47,889 nt of DNA from Thermoplasmatota archaeon (GTDB lineage Archaea > Thermoplasmatota > SW-10-69-26 > JACQPN01 > JAJPHT01), in contig DATMKA010000193.1 in assembly GCA_035553595.1 (NCBI GenBank), positions 1 through 47,889 of the forward strand. Direction: 5' to 3'. Below the pieces are notes generated by a model that had not been told where the DNA came from, did not search any database, and worked only from the letters and a program-made list of their open reading frames with translations. The position numbers and the translations under genes were made by a program. The first letter of the stretch is position 1. Each line of letters opens with the position of its first letter. Shown here piece by piece: positions 1 to 9,331 of the stretch.

Positions 1-408
1 GGGCGCGGCACGGCCGGTGCCCGCGGCCTCGCGGAGCACCCCCGCGAGCGCGTTGGCCGCCTCGTCCACGCGGCGGAGCCCGAACAGAGCTTTGGCGTAG
101 GCCTCGACGGCCTGCTCCGGGGCCTCGCTGAGGTCCAAGCGGGCCGCAAGCTGGGTGAGGTTCACCGCGTAATACAGGGTTCCCTCGAGCTCGCTCACGC
201 GCCGCTCAACCACCTCGCGGACATCGAGGTCGTCGATGGCGGCCACCTCCTGGGAGAGGGCGCCCGTGAGGTCGGCAAGGAGCCCGTTCAGCACCTCCTC
301 GCGCCGCTCCGAGGCAAGGACCGGGGTGGTGCGGAGCGCCTCCAAGTGGGACCGCAGCAGCAGGCCCACCGCATCGCTGAGGTCGCGCAGGCGCGCGGCA
401 TCGGACAT
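1..408 (-). CDS. hypothetical protein, N-terminal 136 codons only (gene runs off the window start)
   Basis: My own minus-strand translation from the ATG (plus-strand CAT at 406-408) gives MSDAARLRDLSDAVGLLLRSHLEALRTTPVLASERREEVLNGLLADL... It stays open to position 1 and has G/C-rich third positions. It is absent from the ORF track because no stop lies in the window. No family recognised. Confidence 0.4.
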   Translation of the reverse strand, partial: MSDAARLRDLSDAVGLLLRSHLEALRTTPVLASERREEVLNGLLADLTGALSQEVAAIDDLDVREVVERRVSELEGTLYYAVNLTQLAARLDLSEAPEQAVEAYAKALFGLRRVDEAANALAGVLREAAGTGRAAP

Positions 409-483
409 GAGGCCCCGACCCGCCGCGGCGGGCTTGAGGGTTTCGCCCAAAAGCCCTAATCTCCCCCGCTCCATCCCGGCCCC

Positions 484-1290
484 GTGCCCCGCCTTGCCGT
501 GAAGGTCGCGTATGACGGCACCCGCTTCCACGGGTCCCAGCGGCAGCCCGGCCTCCGCACCGTGGAGGGGGACCTGCTCCACGCGCTCACCCGCATCGGG
601 GCCCTCGAGAGCGCCGAGTCGGCGCGCTTTCTCGCCGCCTCCCGCACGGATGCGGGCGTGAGCGCGGCGGGGAACGTGTTCGCCTTCAACACCGGGATCC
701 CCCGGGAGCGCCTCCTGCAGGCCCTGAACCCCCACCTGCGCGACCTCTGGGCGCTCGCCGTGGCGGAGGTCCCCGAGGACTTCCATCCCCGCAAGTCGCA
801 CCGCCGCAAGTACCGGTACCATCTGCGGCGCGGCGGCTTCGATGAGGCACGCTTCCGTGAAGCGCTCGCGCTCTTCCCCGGAACCCACGACTTCACGGGC
901 TTCGCGCGCATCGAGGCGGGGCAGGACCCCGTGCGCCTCCTGGAATCGGTGACCGTGCACGAGCGCGGGCCCTACCTCGACGTGGAGCTCACGGCGCCGA
1001 GCTTCCTCTGGAACCAGGTGCGGCGCATCGTGGGCGCAGGCCTGAGCGTGGCTCGCGGCGGGGCCGCGGTGGAGGACGTGCGGGACGTGCTCGCGCGGCG
1101 CCGCACCCTCGACCTCGGCCTCGCGCCGCCGGAGCCCCTCGTGCTCCTCGACGTCGCCTACGCTTTCCCTCTTGAGCCCGACACCGGGTATGCGGCCCGC
1201 CTGCTGGGGCCAGCGGAGGAGGAGCTCACCCTCCGCCTAGCGCTCCTCCGCGACTTCAAGGACCCCGCTGGGCCGAGGGAACCGGAATGA
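484..1290 (+). CDS. truA: tRNA pseudouridine synthase A (TruA/Pus1-type)
   Basis: 268 aa. N-terminal VKVAYDGTRFHGSQRQ and the catalytic-Asp motif SRTDAGVSAAGNV are typical of TruA. GTG start as in the ORF track. Confidence 0.85.
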   Translation: MPRLAVKVAYDGTRFHGSQRQPGLRTVEGDLLHALTRIGALESAESARFLAASRTDAGVSAAGNVFAFNTGIPRERLLQALNPHLRDLWALAVAEVPEDFHPRKSHRRKYRYHLRRGGFDEARFREALALFPGTHDFTGFARIEAGQDPVRLLESVTVHERGPYLDVELTAPSFLWNQVRRIVGAGLSVARGGAAVEDVRDVLARRRTLDLGLAPPEPLVLLDVAYAFPLEPDTGYAARLLGPAEEELTLRLALLRDFKDPAGPREPE

Positions 1291-1787
1291 AGGTCGGAAT
1301 CCTCAGCGACACCCACGACAACCTCCCGCTCGTCGAGGCTGCCGCCCGATTCTTCCGCGACGAGGGCATCGAGCGCGTCCTCCACCTCGGGGACGTCACG
1401 AAGCCACGGTCGCTCGAGCCGCTCAAGGGCTTCCGGCTCACGACCGTGCAGGGGAACAACGACGGCGCGCTGCCGGAGCTTCCCGTCTCGTGGGCCGGGG
1501 AGGTGGGCGGCGTCCCCGTCGCCGCCACTCATGGTCACCTGTCAGACTTCCTGCAGGAGCTCGTGGCGTCCCGCCGGTACGCCTTCGTGTTCCGCGGCCA
1601 CAGCCACAAGGCGGGCGTGACCCGGGAGGGGGAGACCACCGTGGTCAATCCCGGGGCGCTCCACCGCGCCGCCGTGAAATCGGTATGCGTCCTCGACACC
1701 GCCACACGAGGCCTTGCCTTCTACGCGGTGGAGGCCCACCGGGTGGCGCCTTGGACGCCTCCCGCGGCTGCACCGAAACGCCGATAA
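1287..1787 (+). CDS. MJ0936/YfcE-family metallophosphoesterase
   Basis: Metallophosphoesterase motif series: ILSDTHDN, HLGDV, GNNDG, ATHGH, FRGHSH. 166 aa. The ATG overlaps the truA stop (ATGA at 1287-1290). Confidence 0.8.
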   Translation: MKVGILSDTHDNLPLVEAAARFFRDEGIERVLHLGDVTKPRSLEPLKGFRLTTVQGNNDGALPELPVSWAGEVGGVPVAATHGHLSDFLQELVASRRYAFVFRGHSHKAGVTREGETTVVNPGALHRAAVKSVCVLDTATRGLAFYAVEAHRVAPWTPPAAAPKRR

Positions 1788-1810
1788 CGCCGGCCACGGT
1801 TGCCCGGGGT

Positions 1811-2281
1811 ATGCAGCCGGCCTCCGCGGCCTTCGCCACGGTTCTCGTCGCCGCCCTCTCCTCCTGGTTGGGCGCCATGGTGTTCTGGTCCTTTGTGGCA
1901 ACGCCCCGCCTCTTCGGGCGCCTCGGGCGCGAGCGCGCGGGGGAAGCCACCCGAGTGGTTTTCCCCGGTTACTACGTGCTCGGGCTCGCGCTCAGCGCCG
2001 TGGCCCTTGGCGCGCTCGCCGCTTGGACCCTCGTGGAGGGCGCGTGGCGCCTCCCCCACCGGATCCTCTTTGGTCTCCTCGCGCCCCTCCTGTTTCTCGC
2101 GCTCTACGCGCGCCTCGTCCTCGTCCCCGACATGGAGCGCCACCGCGCAGGCCGCGCGGCCGGGGACGAGAAGGCCGCGAAGGCTTGGGGCCGCGCCCAC
2201 GGCATCAGCGTCCTTCTGAACCTCCTCAGCATGGTGCTGGCGCTTGGCGGCCTCGCCACCGTGGCTTGGGCCCTTGTCTGA
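1811..2281 (+). CDS. small multi-pass membrane protein, tentatively DUF4149/TMEM205-like
   Basis: Internal ATG at 1811 of ORF 1490..2281 gives MQPASAAFATVLVAALSSWLGAMVFWSF..., with four hydrophobic spans and an FPGYY motif. The upstream part of the ORF is R/G/P-rich junk overlapping the previous gene. Confidence 0.5.
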   Translation: MQPASAAFATVLVAALSSWLGAMVFWSFVATPRLFGRLGRERAGEATRVVFPGYYVLGLALSAVALGALAAWTLVEGAWRLPHRILFGLLAPLLFLALYARLVLVPDMERHRAGRAAGDEKAAKAWGRAHGISVLLNLLSMVLALGGLATVAWALV

Positions 2282-2385
2282 CCGGGGGCCTGCGCCGCCC
2301 CAGGGTCACCCTATAAGTCACCCTCGGTGTTGCCACGGCGGCGGAATCCGCGGGAGGGTAAAGAAGGAAGAACGTCGGGCCTCCC

Positions 2386-2685
2386 ATGGACCCCACAACC
2401 CCGTTCTCTGTGAACCGTACAGATGAGGTCCTCCTCATGGCCTACATGGCCGGGACCTACGCTGGATTCAAGGTGCGGCGCCTCCGCACCCGCCTGAAGG
2501 ATCCGGACAAGTGGCGCGCCATGGTGGGCGCCGTCCGCGACCTCCACGCCCACGGCTTCGTGGAGCCCATGACGCGCACCGGCGGCGCCTTCTGGGCCTG
2601 GACCGAGAAGGGACGCAACCGCCTCCGCGAGCTCGGCGTGCTCCCCCACACCACCGGGACAACCGGGCCGGCAGCCAGCCCGTAA
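2386..2685 (+). CDS. small hypothetical protein, possibly winged-helix DNA-binding
   Basis: 99-aa ORF with strong G/C third-position bias. The basic helical core (FKVRRLRTRLKDPDKWRAMVGAVRDLHAHGFVE...TEKGRNRLRELG) resembles a wHTH. No confident family. Confidence 0.45.
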   Translation: MDPTTPFSVNRTDEVLLMAYMAGTYAGFKVRRLRTRLKDPDKWRAMVGAVRDLHAHGFVEPMTRTGGAFWAWTEKGRNRLRELGVLPHTTGTTGPAASP

Positions 2686-2732
2686 AGGAAGTATTTACTT
2701 CCAGCACGGAACCGCTAAGGCCCGCCACCCGC

Positions 2733-3449
2733 ATGCTATCGATCATGCGCGGTCGCTGGGCCTTCCTCCTCTTTCTGGCCATTCTCGTCTCCGGATGCGT
2801 CTCCACGCCTGCGGCCGAGGAGGAGCGCCCCAGCGAGGGAGGCCCCTCCTGCCTCTCCCCCGGAATCTGCCCCGCCATCACCACGGCGCCCACCGCGGAC
2901 ACGAGCTGGCGCAACGTGCCGCTCGACCTTGTCGCCGTGGGCCGCATCACCCTGAACAGCACGGAAAACCCCTTCCGCTTCACGAGCGCGGTGACGACGA
3001 TCCACCCGCAGGACTACGAGGTGGACGAAACCAACCGGACGCTCCGCCTCGCGAAGGGCATCGACATCCCCGAGGAGCGGGCCCGCGCCCTTGAAATCAT
3101 CACGGCGGGAGACGAGGACAGCCGGCGGCTCTACCTCCTACCAGCCAGAGCAAACCTGAGGGCCGGACCGACGCCGTCGGACCTCTCTTGGTTCGGGGAA
3201 GCGCCCTACGAGGTCCTGCTCTCACCCGAACTGCTGCGGTTCGAAACGCGGATCGAGAAGGGGTGCGTCATGGAAATCCTTGAGGGGCACCAGGAGTGGA
3301 GCCCGAAGGGTCCCTTCGAGGGGATGACCGATTTCGGGGCGGGTCCCGGCGCGCCGCAAACGGTGGCCTTCCACGGCGAGCCCGGATCCCTCTGTCCCGA
3401 GGTGGCGCTCCGGCTCGAAGCCCTCGGGGCCTTTAATCGGTCGAAGTGA
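2733..3449 (+). CDS. hypothetical secreted lipoprotein
   Basis: Internal ATG at 2733 of ORF 2511..3449 gives MLSIMRGRWAFLLFLAILVSGC, a signal peptide plus lipobox (LVSGC). The rest has no recognisable family. Confidence 0.55.
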   Translation: MLSIMRGRWAFLLFLAILVSGCVSTPAAEEERPSEGGPSCLSPGICPAITTAPTADTSWRNVPLDLVAVGRITLNSTENPFRFTSAVTTIHPQDYEVDETNRTLRLAKGIDIPEERARALEIITAGDEDSRRLYLLPARANLRAGPTPSDLSWFGEAPYEVLLSPELLRFETRIEKGCVMEILEGHQEWSPKGPFEGMTDFGAGPGAPQTVAFHGEPGSLCPEVALRLEALGAFNRSK

Positions 3450-5493
3450 GGCCCGCGTCCGCATCGCCCCGTAGGGCCACCGCCTTCTCCGCCGCCGCGC
3501 GCTTCGCGGCATCCTCCGCGAGGAGCTTCGCGAGGGCGGCGCGGTTGAACACGTCGGACTCGTCCGCGAGCACCAGGTTCTGGTCCGACTCCTTGCGGAG
3601 CAGGATCTGGATCATGCGCTCATCGATGGTGTTCGGGGTCACGAAGAACTCCACGAACACGGGCCGGTCCTGACCGATGCGGTGGACGCGGTCCATGGCC
3701 TGCATGTGCGTCGCGGGCGTCCACCCGAAGTGGAGGAACAGCACGTGGCGACCGCCCGTGAAGTTGAGGCCGATGCCGCCCGCCTCCATCTGGGAAAGGA
3801 GGACGCGGGGACCACCGTCGCGGCCAAACGTCTTCGAGAGCGCCTGCCGCTCCTTGGGGGGCGTCGCTCCCTCGAGGACGGCGGCAGCTTCACCGAGATC
3901 CTTCTTGAGCGCGTGGAGCGGCTCCAGGTAGTGGCTGTACACCACCACCGCTTCCTCGGCCTCCAAGAGCTCGCGGACGCGCTCGAGGACGGCGGGCACG
4001 CGTGCCTTCGCGAGGTGCTGGCGGAGGGCGCCGATGGCGGCGAACACGGCCACGTCGCTGGAGGACTCGCGCATGATGTCGGCGGCGCGGGCTTCGAGGC
4101 CGCGGTACACGCGCTCCTCCTCGGGCGGCAGGTCGTGCCGCGTGATGCTGATGGTGCGCGGAGGAAGCTCCGCGAGCACCTCGTCCTTGCGGCGGCGAAG
4201 GAGCACGTCGCGGGCTGCCTGCTGGAGGAGCGCCGCCGTCGCGGTGCGCACCTGCGCGTACTTGTTGAAGAGGGAGACGTCGAGGATCCAGGCCTCCTTG
4301 AAGGCCTCGCGGCTTCCCCACCGCTCGGGCTGCACCTGGCGGAGCAGCTCGTAGTAGTCGCCGATGTCGTTCACGAGGGGCGTACCCGTGAGGAGGAGGC
4401 GGCGGCGCTGCGGGAAAGACTTCACGAGGCGCGCGCGGAGGGTCTCGGGGTTGCGGATGTAGTGGGCCTCGTCGAGGATGAGGACGGGGCGGCACGTGAC
4501 GTCGGGGTCGTCCGGGCGGAGGGTGCGGAGCGCGTCGTAGGTCGTGACCATGAACTGCGCCTCGCGGGGGCCCGTGCGCTTCTGCTGGTGGTACACGCGG
4601 GCGGGCTTCCCCGTGAAACGCTCCACCTCGGCGGCCCAGTTGTACAGCACGTTCGCGGGGCCCACCACGAGGGCCTTGTCGTTCGACAGGAGGACGGAGG
4701 AGATGGCCATGATGGTCTTGCCGAGCCCCATCTCGTCCGCGAGGATGCCGTTGAGGTCGCGCGAGAGGATGAAACGGACACCGTCGGCCTGGTAGTGGCG
4801 CAACCGGCCCGCGAAGCCGGGGATCTGTTCGGGCACCTTCACGGTGCGGACGTCCTTGGCCTGGGGCGCGTAGCGCTCGGCGGCGGCCTTCAGGGCCTTC
4901 ACGGCCTCGTGGGCCCGCCACACGTCTTCGGCGGCAACGCCCTGCAGCGCCTGGGAGAGCTCCCGCGCCTCGGCCGCCTCCTGCACCTTCTTCTCGCGCT
5001 CGCGCTCGGCGCGCCACTTGTCGAGCGCCCCGTCGATGGCCCGCAGGTCCGCCTCCGCCTCCGCCTTGAAGGTCGGATTCTCCCTGAGCCACGCGGCGAG
5101 GCGCACGCGGCTCCCGCGCAGAAGCTCCAGTCCCGTGAGGGGGTCGGCGTTCGCCTCCTTCAGGATCTTGTCCACGTCGAAGGGCCGCGCCGACTCGTAG
5201 GCCACGCGCACCTTCGTGGGCGCGCCGAGGGGCGCCTCGCCCTCCTCGGGGAGCAGCTCCGCCTTCAGCATCTGCGCGGACCGCGCGAGCTTCGGGTACG
5301 CGTCCTTGGGGACGTAGCGGTTCCACGATAGCGCCTTGGGGTTGCTATCGACCTGCAGCGGGGCGCCCATCATCTTCAGCATGTTCCAGATGCGGGACTC
5401 GTTGTCCACGTAGTCCTCGATGCGGAGGAAGATGCGATCAGCCTCGACCCGGTAGCGCAGGCGCACACCCCCCGGAGGGCGGACCTCCCGCAT
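3433..5493 (-). CDS. SNF2-family DNA-dependent ATPase/helicase
   Basis: Motifs LRHYQADGVRF, ILADEMGLGKT (I), LILDEAHYIRNP (II, DEAH), LLLTGTPLVND (III), GGIGLNFTGGRHVLF and MDRVHRIGQDRPVFV (VI). Start set at the internal Met (MREVRPPGG, CAT at 5491-5493). The longer ORF to 5901 overlaps the divergent peptidase gene. Confidence 0.85.
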   Translation of the reverse strand: MREVRPPGGVRLRYRVEADRIFLRIEDYVDNESRIWNMLKMMGAPLQVDSNPKALSWNRYVPKDAYPKLARSAQMLKAELLPEEGEAPLGAPTKVRVAYESARPFDVDKILKEANADPLTGLELLRGSRVRLAAWLRENPTFKAEAEADLRAIDGALDKWRAEREREKKVQEAAEARELSQALQGVAAEDVWRAHEAVKALKAAAERYAPQAKDVRTVKVPEQIPGFAGRLRHYQADGVRFILSRDLNGILADEMGLGKTIMAISSVLLSNDKALVVGPANVLYNWAAEVERFTGKPARVYHQQKRTGPREAQFMVTTYDALRTLRPDDPDVTCRPVLILDEAHYIRNPETLRARLVKSFPQRRRLLLTGTPLVNDIGDYYELLRQVQPERWGSREAFKEAWILDVSLFNKYAQVRTATAALLQQAARDVLLRRRKDEVLAELPPRTISITRHDLPPEEERVYRGLEARAADIMRESSSDVAVFAAIGALRQHLAKARVPAVLERVRELLEAEEAVVVYSHYLEPLHALKKDLGEAAAVLEGATPPKERQALSKTFGRDGGPRVLLSQMEAGGIGLNFTGGRHVLFLHFGWTPATHMQAMDRVHRIGQDRPVFVEFFVTPNTIDERMIQILLRKESDQNLVLADESDVFNRAALAKLLAEDAAKRAAAEKAVALRGDADAGLTSTD

Positions 5494-5563
5494 AAAACCG
5501 GGGGCGCGCTCCGCAAAAAGGGTTAAGCCGCCCCTGGATTTGTCCGTGGCGGGAGGCCCCACC

Positions 5564-7801
5564 ATGCTCGCCCGCTCGCGGTTCCTCGCGCTCGCGTTCA
5601 TCCTCGTCACGCCCGTCCTCGCGGGCTGCATCACCGCCGAAGTCACGCCGGAAGCGCCCGTGACGACAGGCCCCTCGACCGAGGCTTGGCTTGGGAACCT
5701 GAGCGCCGCCAAGGTGACGGGGATGGTGAGCACCGTCGTCCACATCACGTCCGCCGACGGCACCAGTCTCTCCCTCACGGTGCACCTCCCCGACCCGCTC
5801 CCCGCGAGCGGAAAGATCCCCACGCTTCTGCAGATCACGCCGTACCAGGCGGGCCGCGCGTACACTCCGGCGACCGGCACCGCGCCCCCGGTGGGCAGCA
5901 TGTGGCAGTCCGTCGTGTTCCGCGGCGCTGCCTACGTGGAGGCCGACGCGCGCGGCACCAACGGCTCCGATGGCTGCCTCGACTTCGGCGGGTCGAAGGA
6001 CCGCGAGGACGCGGCCGCCTTCGTGGCCTGGATCCGCGACCAGCCGTGGAGCAACGGCGTCGTCGTCACGGACGGCATCAGCCACCCCGGCATGGGCAGC
6101 CTCGTCGCGCACGTGGCGGTTCCCGACCTCACGGCGGCCCTCGCCCACGCCCCCGTCGTGAGCTACTACCGGGACGAGTGGTACCAGGGCGCCAAGTTCG
6201 AGGACCAGAACAACGGCCTCGGCTACCAGATCGTGGAATCCGAGGCGGCCCCCATGGTGACCCCTGAGAGCCTGAAGGCCCAGGCGGCACCCTGCACCGG
6301 CCAGACCTATCTCGAGTACAGCTCCGAGCCGGGGACCTTCGGCGAGAAGTGGGCAGACCGCGACCTCTCCCTCCACCTGGAGAACGCGAAGGCTCCCGTG
6401 CTCCTCACGCAGGGCTTCATCGACCAGAACGTCTTCCCCGACCACGTCCAGGCCTACTGGGACGCGCTTCCCGAGAACTTCCCCAAGTACGTCATCTGGG
6501 GCTGGTGGTACCACGGCTGGCCCGACATGACGGGCCACCAGGCGGAGCGCTTCCGCGACCTCCGCATGCGCTGGCTCGACGCCACCCTCTTCGGCGTGGA
6601 CAACAGCGTCCTCAACGACTCCCGCGTCCTTGTCGAGGACAGCACCGGCGTCTGGCACGAGGGCCGCGACTGGCCCCTCGAGCCCTCCGAGCGCGTCACC
6701 CTCTTCCCCTCCGCCGAAGGCAGTCTCGGCAGCGCCGCGCCCTCCAAGGGAAGCGTCGACTACCAGGACCGGCTCGGCGCCGCTCGCGGCGCCTGGACGG
6801 ACGCCCACGTGGCCTTCCGCAGCGAGCCCCTCACGGCCGACCGCCTGGTGAACGGCGCCCCCACCGTGACGCTCGTCGCGTCGAGCACCCACGACAACAC
6901 CAAGTGGGTCGTCTACCTCCTCGACGAGGCCCCCGACGGGTCCTGGGAACGCGTCACCCACGGCTACGCCGACAGCCACACCTGGGGCAAGCCCGACGAG
7001 TGGCTTCCCCTTGAGCCCGGCAAGCCCTACGCCTGGACCGTGAACCTGATGCCCACCGCCGTCGTCGTGGAGAAGGGCCACCGCCTCGTGCTCCTCGTGG
7101 CGAGCCAGGACTCCCGCTACCAGATGGACCCCGCGACGGGCGACTACGTTCCCTTCGCGAGCCCCCGGCATGACTTCTGCTGGGACGACCGCCGCGGCGG
7201 CTGCTACCGCCCCTCCGGCATCCTCCCCGCCGACAGCCGCGGCAAGGCCGTGAACACCGTCCACACCGGCCCCGAGGGGACGCGCCTCCACCTCGCCTGG
7301 GTGGATCCCGCGCTCACCAAGAAGGCCCCGGCGCAGACCGTGGGCGTCCCCATCGGGGGGACCGTGAACGACGAGCCGCGCTCCGGGTTCTGCCGCATGA
7401 TGATGGACGGCGCTTCTCGCCCCGGGGTTGTGGGCGTAAGCGGGTTACACCAGATGGGTGGCAGCTGCGCCTTCGAGAGCGTCGCCGTGGGCAACCTCAG
7501 CAGCTACCGTTCCGCGCTCGTGGAGGTCGCGTGGAAGGCGGACCCCTTCCTCACGGTGACGGCGCGCGGCCAATCCTTCGACTGCTTCGGCGAGTGCTCC
7601 CTCGGGGAAGCGCGGGGCGGCAGCGGACCCCTGCGGTTCGTTGTGGACGGAGCGGTGTATGCTGAGAACGCGGACGCGTCCCCGTACGTGCTGATCCTCG
7701 TGGACGGGGTCGCGCGGCAAGTCCCGGTCACGGTTGCGGTCACCTTCTTCCGGGAGGAGACGCCCCCGGACGGGTTCACGGCGCTCGCAACCGACGCCTG
7801 A
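5564..7801 (+). CDS. CocE/NonD-family (peptidase S15, X-Pro dipeptidyl-peptidase-like) hydrolase, lipoprotein
   Basis: ATG at 5564 gives MLARSRFLALAFILVTPVLAGC (lipobox). The nucleophile elbow GISHPG (GxSxxG) follows GTNGSDGCLDFGG..EDAAAFVAWI. An LLTQGFIDQNV region is typical of the family. About 150 aa of extra C-terminal domain. Confidence 0.75.
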   Translation: MLARSRFLALAFILVTPVLAGCITAEVTPEAPVTTGPSTEAWLGNLSAAKVTGMVSTVVHITSADGTSLSLTVHLPDPLPASGKIPTLLQITPYQAGRAYTPATGTAPPVGSMWQSVVFRGAAYVEADARGTNGSDGCLDFGGSKDREDAAAFVAWIRDQPWSNGVVVTDGISHPGMGSLVAHVAVPDLTAALAHAPVVSYYRDEWYQGAKFEDQNNGLGYQIVESEAAPMVTPESLKAQAAPCTGQTYLEYSSEPGTFGEKWADRDLSLHLENAKAPVLLTQGFIDQNVFPDHVQAYWDALPENFPKYVIWGWWYHGWPDMTGHQAERFRDLRMRWLDATLFGVDNSVLNDSRVLVEDSTGVWHEGRDWPLEPSERVTLFPSAEGSLGSAAPSKGSVDYQDRLGAARGAWTDAHVAFRSEPLTADRLVNGAPTVTLVASSTHDNTKWVVYLLDEAPDGSWERVTHGYADSHTWGKPDEWLPLEPGKPYAWTVNLMPTAVVVEKGHRLVLLVASQDSRYQMDPATGDYVPFASPRHDFCWDDRRGGCYRPSGILPADSRGKAVNTVHTGPEGTRLHLAWVDPALTKKAPAQTVGVPIGGTVNDEPRSGFCRMMMDGASRPGVVGVSGLHQMGGSCAFESVAVGNLSSYRSALVEVAWKADPFLTVTARGQSFDCFGECSLGEARGGSGPLRFVVDGAVYAENADASPYVLILVDGVARQVPVTVAVTFFREETPPDGFTALATDA

Positions 7802-7858
7802 CAAGGGTTGACAAAGGGTTCATGGTCCCCAGCGGGCCTCCCCGCCGGGAGGACCATC

Positions 7859-9331
7859 ATGCGTCTCGTCGGCGTCGTCGCCCTTCTTCTCGCGCTCCCC
7901 GCCCTTGCCGGGTGCCTGAGCCCCGCCGCGGTGGAACCGAACACCGTCCCCGCGCCCGTGGTGCCCACGGCCCCCCTCACAACCTACACCGCCTCCGGCA
8001 CGCTCCTGCCCGTGGCCCAGGGCTGGGAGAGCCTCGCGGTGCGCCTCGCCGTCACCGGCTTCAACACCGGCGAGCCCTCCCTCGGCGTCACGAGCGACGG
8101 CACCATCTTCGCAACCGGCGGCGGCGCGAGCATCATCCGCTCCCGCGACCACGGCAACACGTGGGAGCGCGTCGGCGACGCCCTCCGCGACCCCAAGGCG
8201 AGCCTCGACCCCTGGGTGTACGTGGACCCCGTCACGGACCGCGTGTTCAACGCCCCGCTCTACGTGGCCTGCACCTGGGCGGCGTGGTCGGATGACGGCG
8301 GCGACTCCTGGGACGCGAACCCCTTCACGGGTTGCGGCATCCCCGCCCACGACCACCAGAAGCTCACCGCGGGCCCGCCCGCAGAAGGCGTGAGCACGAG
8401 CGGGTACCCCAACGTCCTGTACTACTCCTACAACTCCTTCCGCGACGAGGGCACCTGGATCAGCGTCTCCTACGACGGCGGCCGCACCTACTCCGTTGGC
8501 GGAAGCGCCCACCCCTCCGACTGCCACGGCGGCATCGCGGGCCCCGTCGCCGTCGCCCCCGACGGCACCGCCTACTCCCCGAAGCCCGCCTGCGACGGCG
8601 TGAACATCGCCGTCTCCCGCGACTCCGGCGCGAGCTGGGAAGTCACCGGGAAGGTCAACAATGCGGGCATCGGCGAGGCCCTTGCCACCATGACGGACGC
8701 CGCCGTGGACTCGGCGGGCAACGCCTACGTCGTTTACCCCGGGAAGGACGCCCGCACCTACCTCACGCGCTCCCTCGATGGCGGCAAGACGTGGACGGAC
8801 GGCGTCCGCGTCTCGCCCCCCGATGTCACGAGCACCGCCTTCCCCGTCGTCATCGCGGGCGAAGCGGGCCGCGTCGCCGTGGGCTACCTCGGCACCACCG
8901 CCGACGCGAGCAAGTGGGACAGCCCCAACCCCCAGGATGCTGACGCGAAGGCCGTGTGGCACCTCTACCTCACGTTCACGGAGAACGCGACCGCCGAGGA
9001 CCCCGTGTTCACGACGCTCCGCGTGACCCCCGAGGACGACCCCGTGCAGGTGGGCTGCATCTGGCAGAGCGGCGGCAGCAACCCCTGCCGCAACCTCCTC
9101 GATTTCTTCGACATGGTGGAGCGCGATGGCCGCGTCTACCTCGTCTTCGCTGACGGGTGCGAGAAGTGCACGAGCGCCGACCAGAGCCGCGGCCGCGCCG
9201 TCGCCCTCGCCATCGTGGAGACGGGGCCCTCCCTCCGGACGGGGCTGCTCGCTCCGCTCGGCGCTGAGACGGAAGCGGTTACCGAAAAGAAGAATGCCCC
9301 CGCCACCCTGGCGGGGGCCGTCTGGAATTAG
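7859..9331 (+). CDS. BNR/Asp-box repeat (sialidase-fold-like) lipoprotein, paralog 1
   Basis: ATG at 7859 gives MRLVGVVALLLALPALAGC (lipobox). Five Asp-boxes (SxDxGxTW-like): SRDHGNTWE, SDDGGDSWD, SYDGGRTYS, SRDSGASWE, SLDGGKTWT. Confidence 0.75.
   Translation: MRLVGVVALLLALPALAGCLSPAAVEPNTVPAPVVPTAPLTTYTASGTLLPVAQGWESLAVRLAVTGFNTGEPSLGVTSDGTIFATGGGASIIRSRDHGNTWERVGDALRDPKASLDPWVYVDPVTDRVFNAPLYVACTWAAWSDDGGDSWDANPFTGCGIPAHDHQKLTAGPPAEGVSTSGYPNVLYYSYNSFRDEGTWISVSYDGGRTYSVGGSAHPSDCHGGIAGPVAVAPDGTAYSPKPACDGVNIAVSRDSGASWEVTGKVNNAGIGEALATMTDAAVDSAGNAYVVYPGKDARTYLTRSLDGGKTWTDGVRVSPPDVTSTAFPVVIAGEAGRVAVGYLGTTADASKWDSPNPQDADAKAVWHLYLTFTENATAEDPVFTTLRVTPEDDPVQVGCIWQSGGSNPCRNLLDFFDMVERDGRVYLVFADGCEKCTSADQSRGRAVALAIVETGPSLRTGLLAPLGAETEAVTEKKNAPATLAGAVWN

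Noticed and set aside
236-911. ORFs 236..502 (+) and 456..911 (-)
   Set aside because: 236..502 is antisense to the better-looking partial gene at 1..408 and is S/R/P-rich. 456..911 is antisense to truA.
5494-5901. N-terminal extensions of many listed ORFs (for example SNF2 to 5901, copA to 31057, giant gene C to 38623, gene B to 41034, exonuclease to 11069, ilvA to 47181)
   Set aside because: The extensions are R/P/G-rich, overlap the neighbouring gene or promoter region, and precede an internal Met that gives a canonical N-terminus (signal peptide or conserved motif). I used the internal starts.
3682-7291. ORFs 3682..5331 (+), 3890..5326 (-) and 5438..7291 (-)
   Set aside because: They overlap the SNF2 and S15 peptidase genes in other frames or on the other strand. 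Their composition is low-complexity Arg/Gly/Ala/Pro, while the chosen frames carry complete helicase and hydrolase motif sets.
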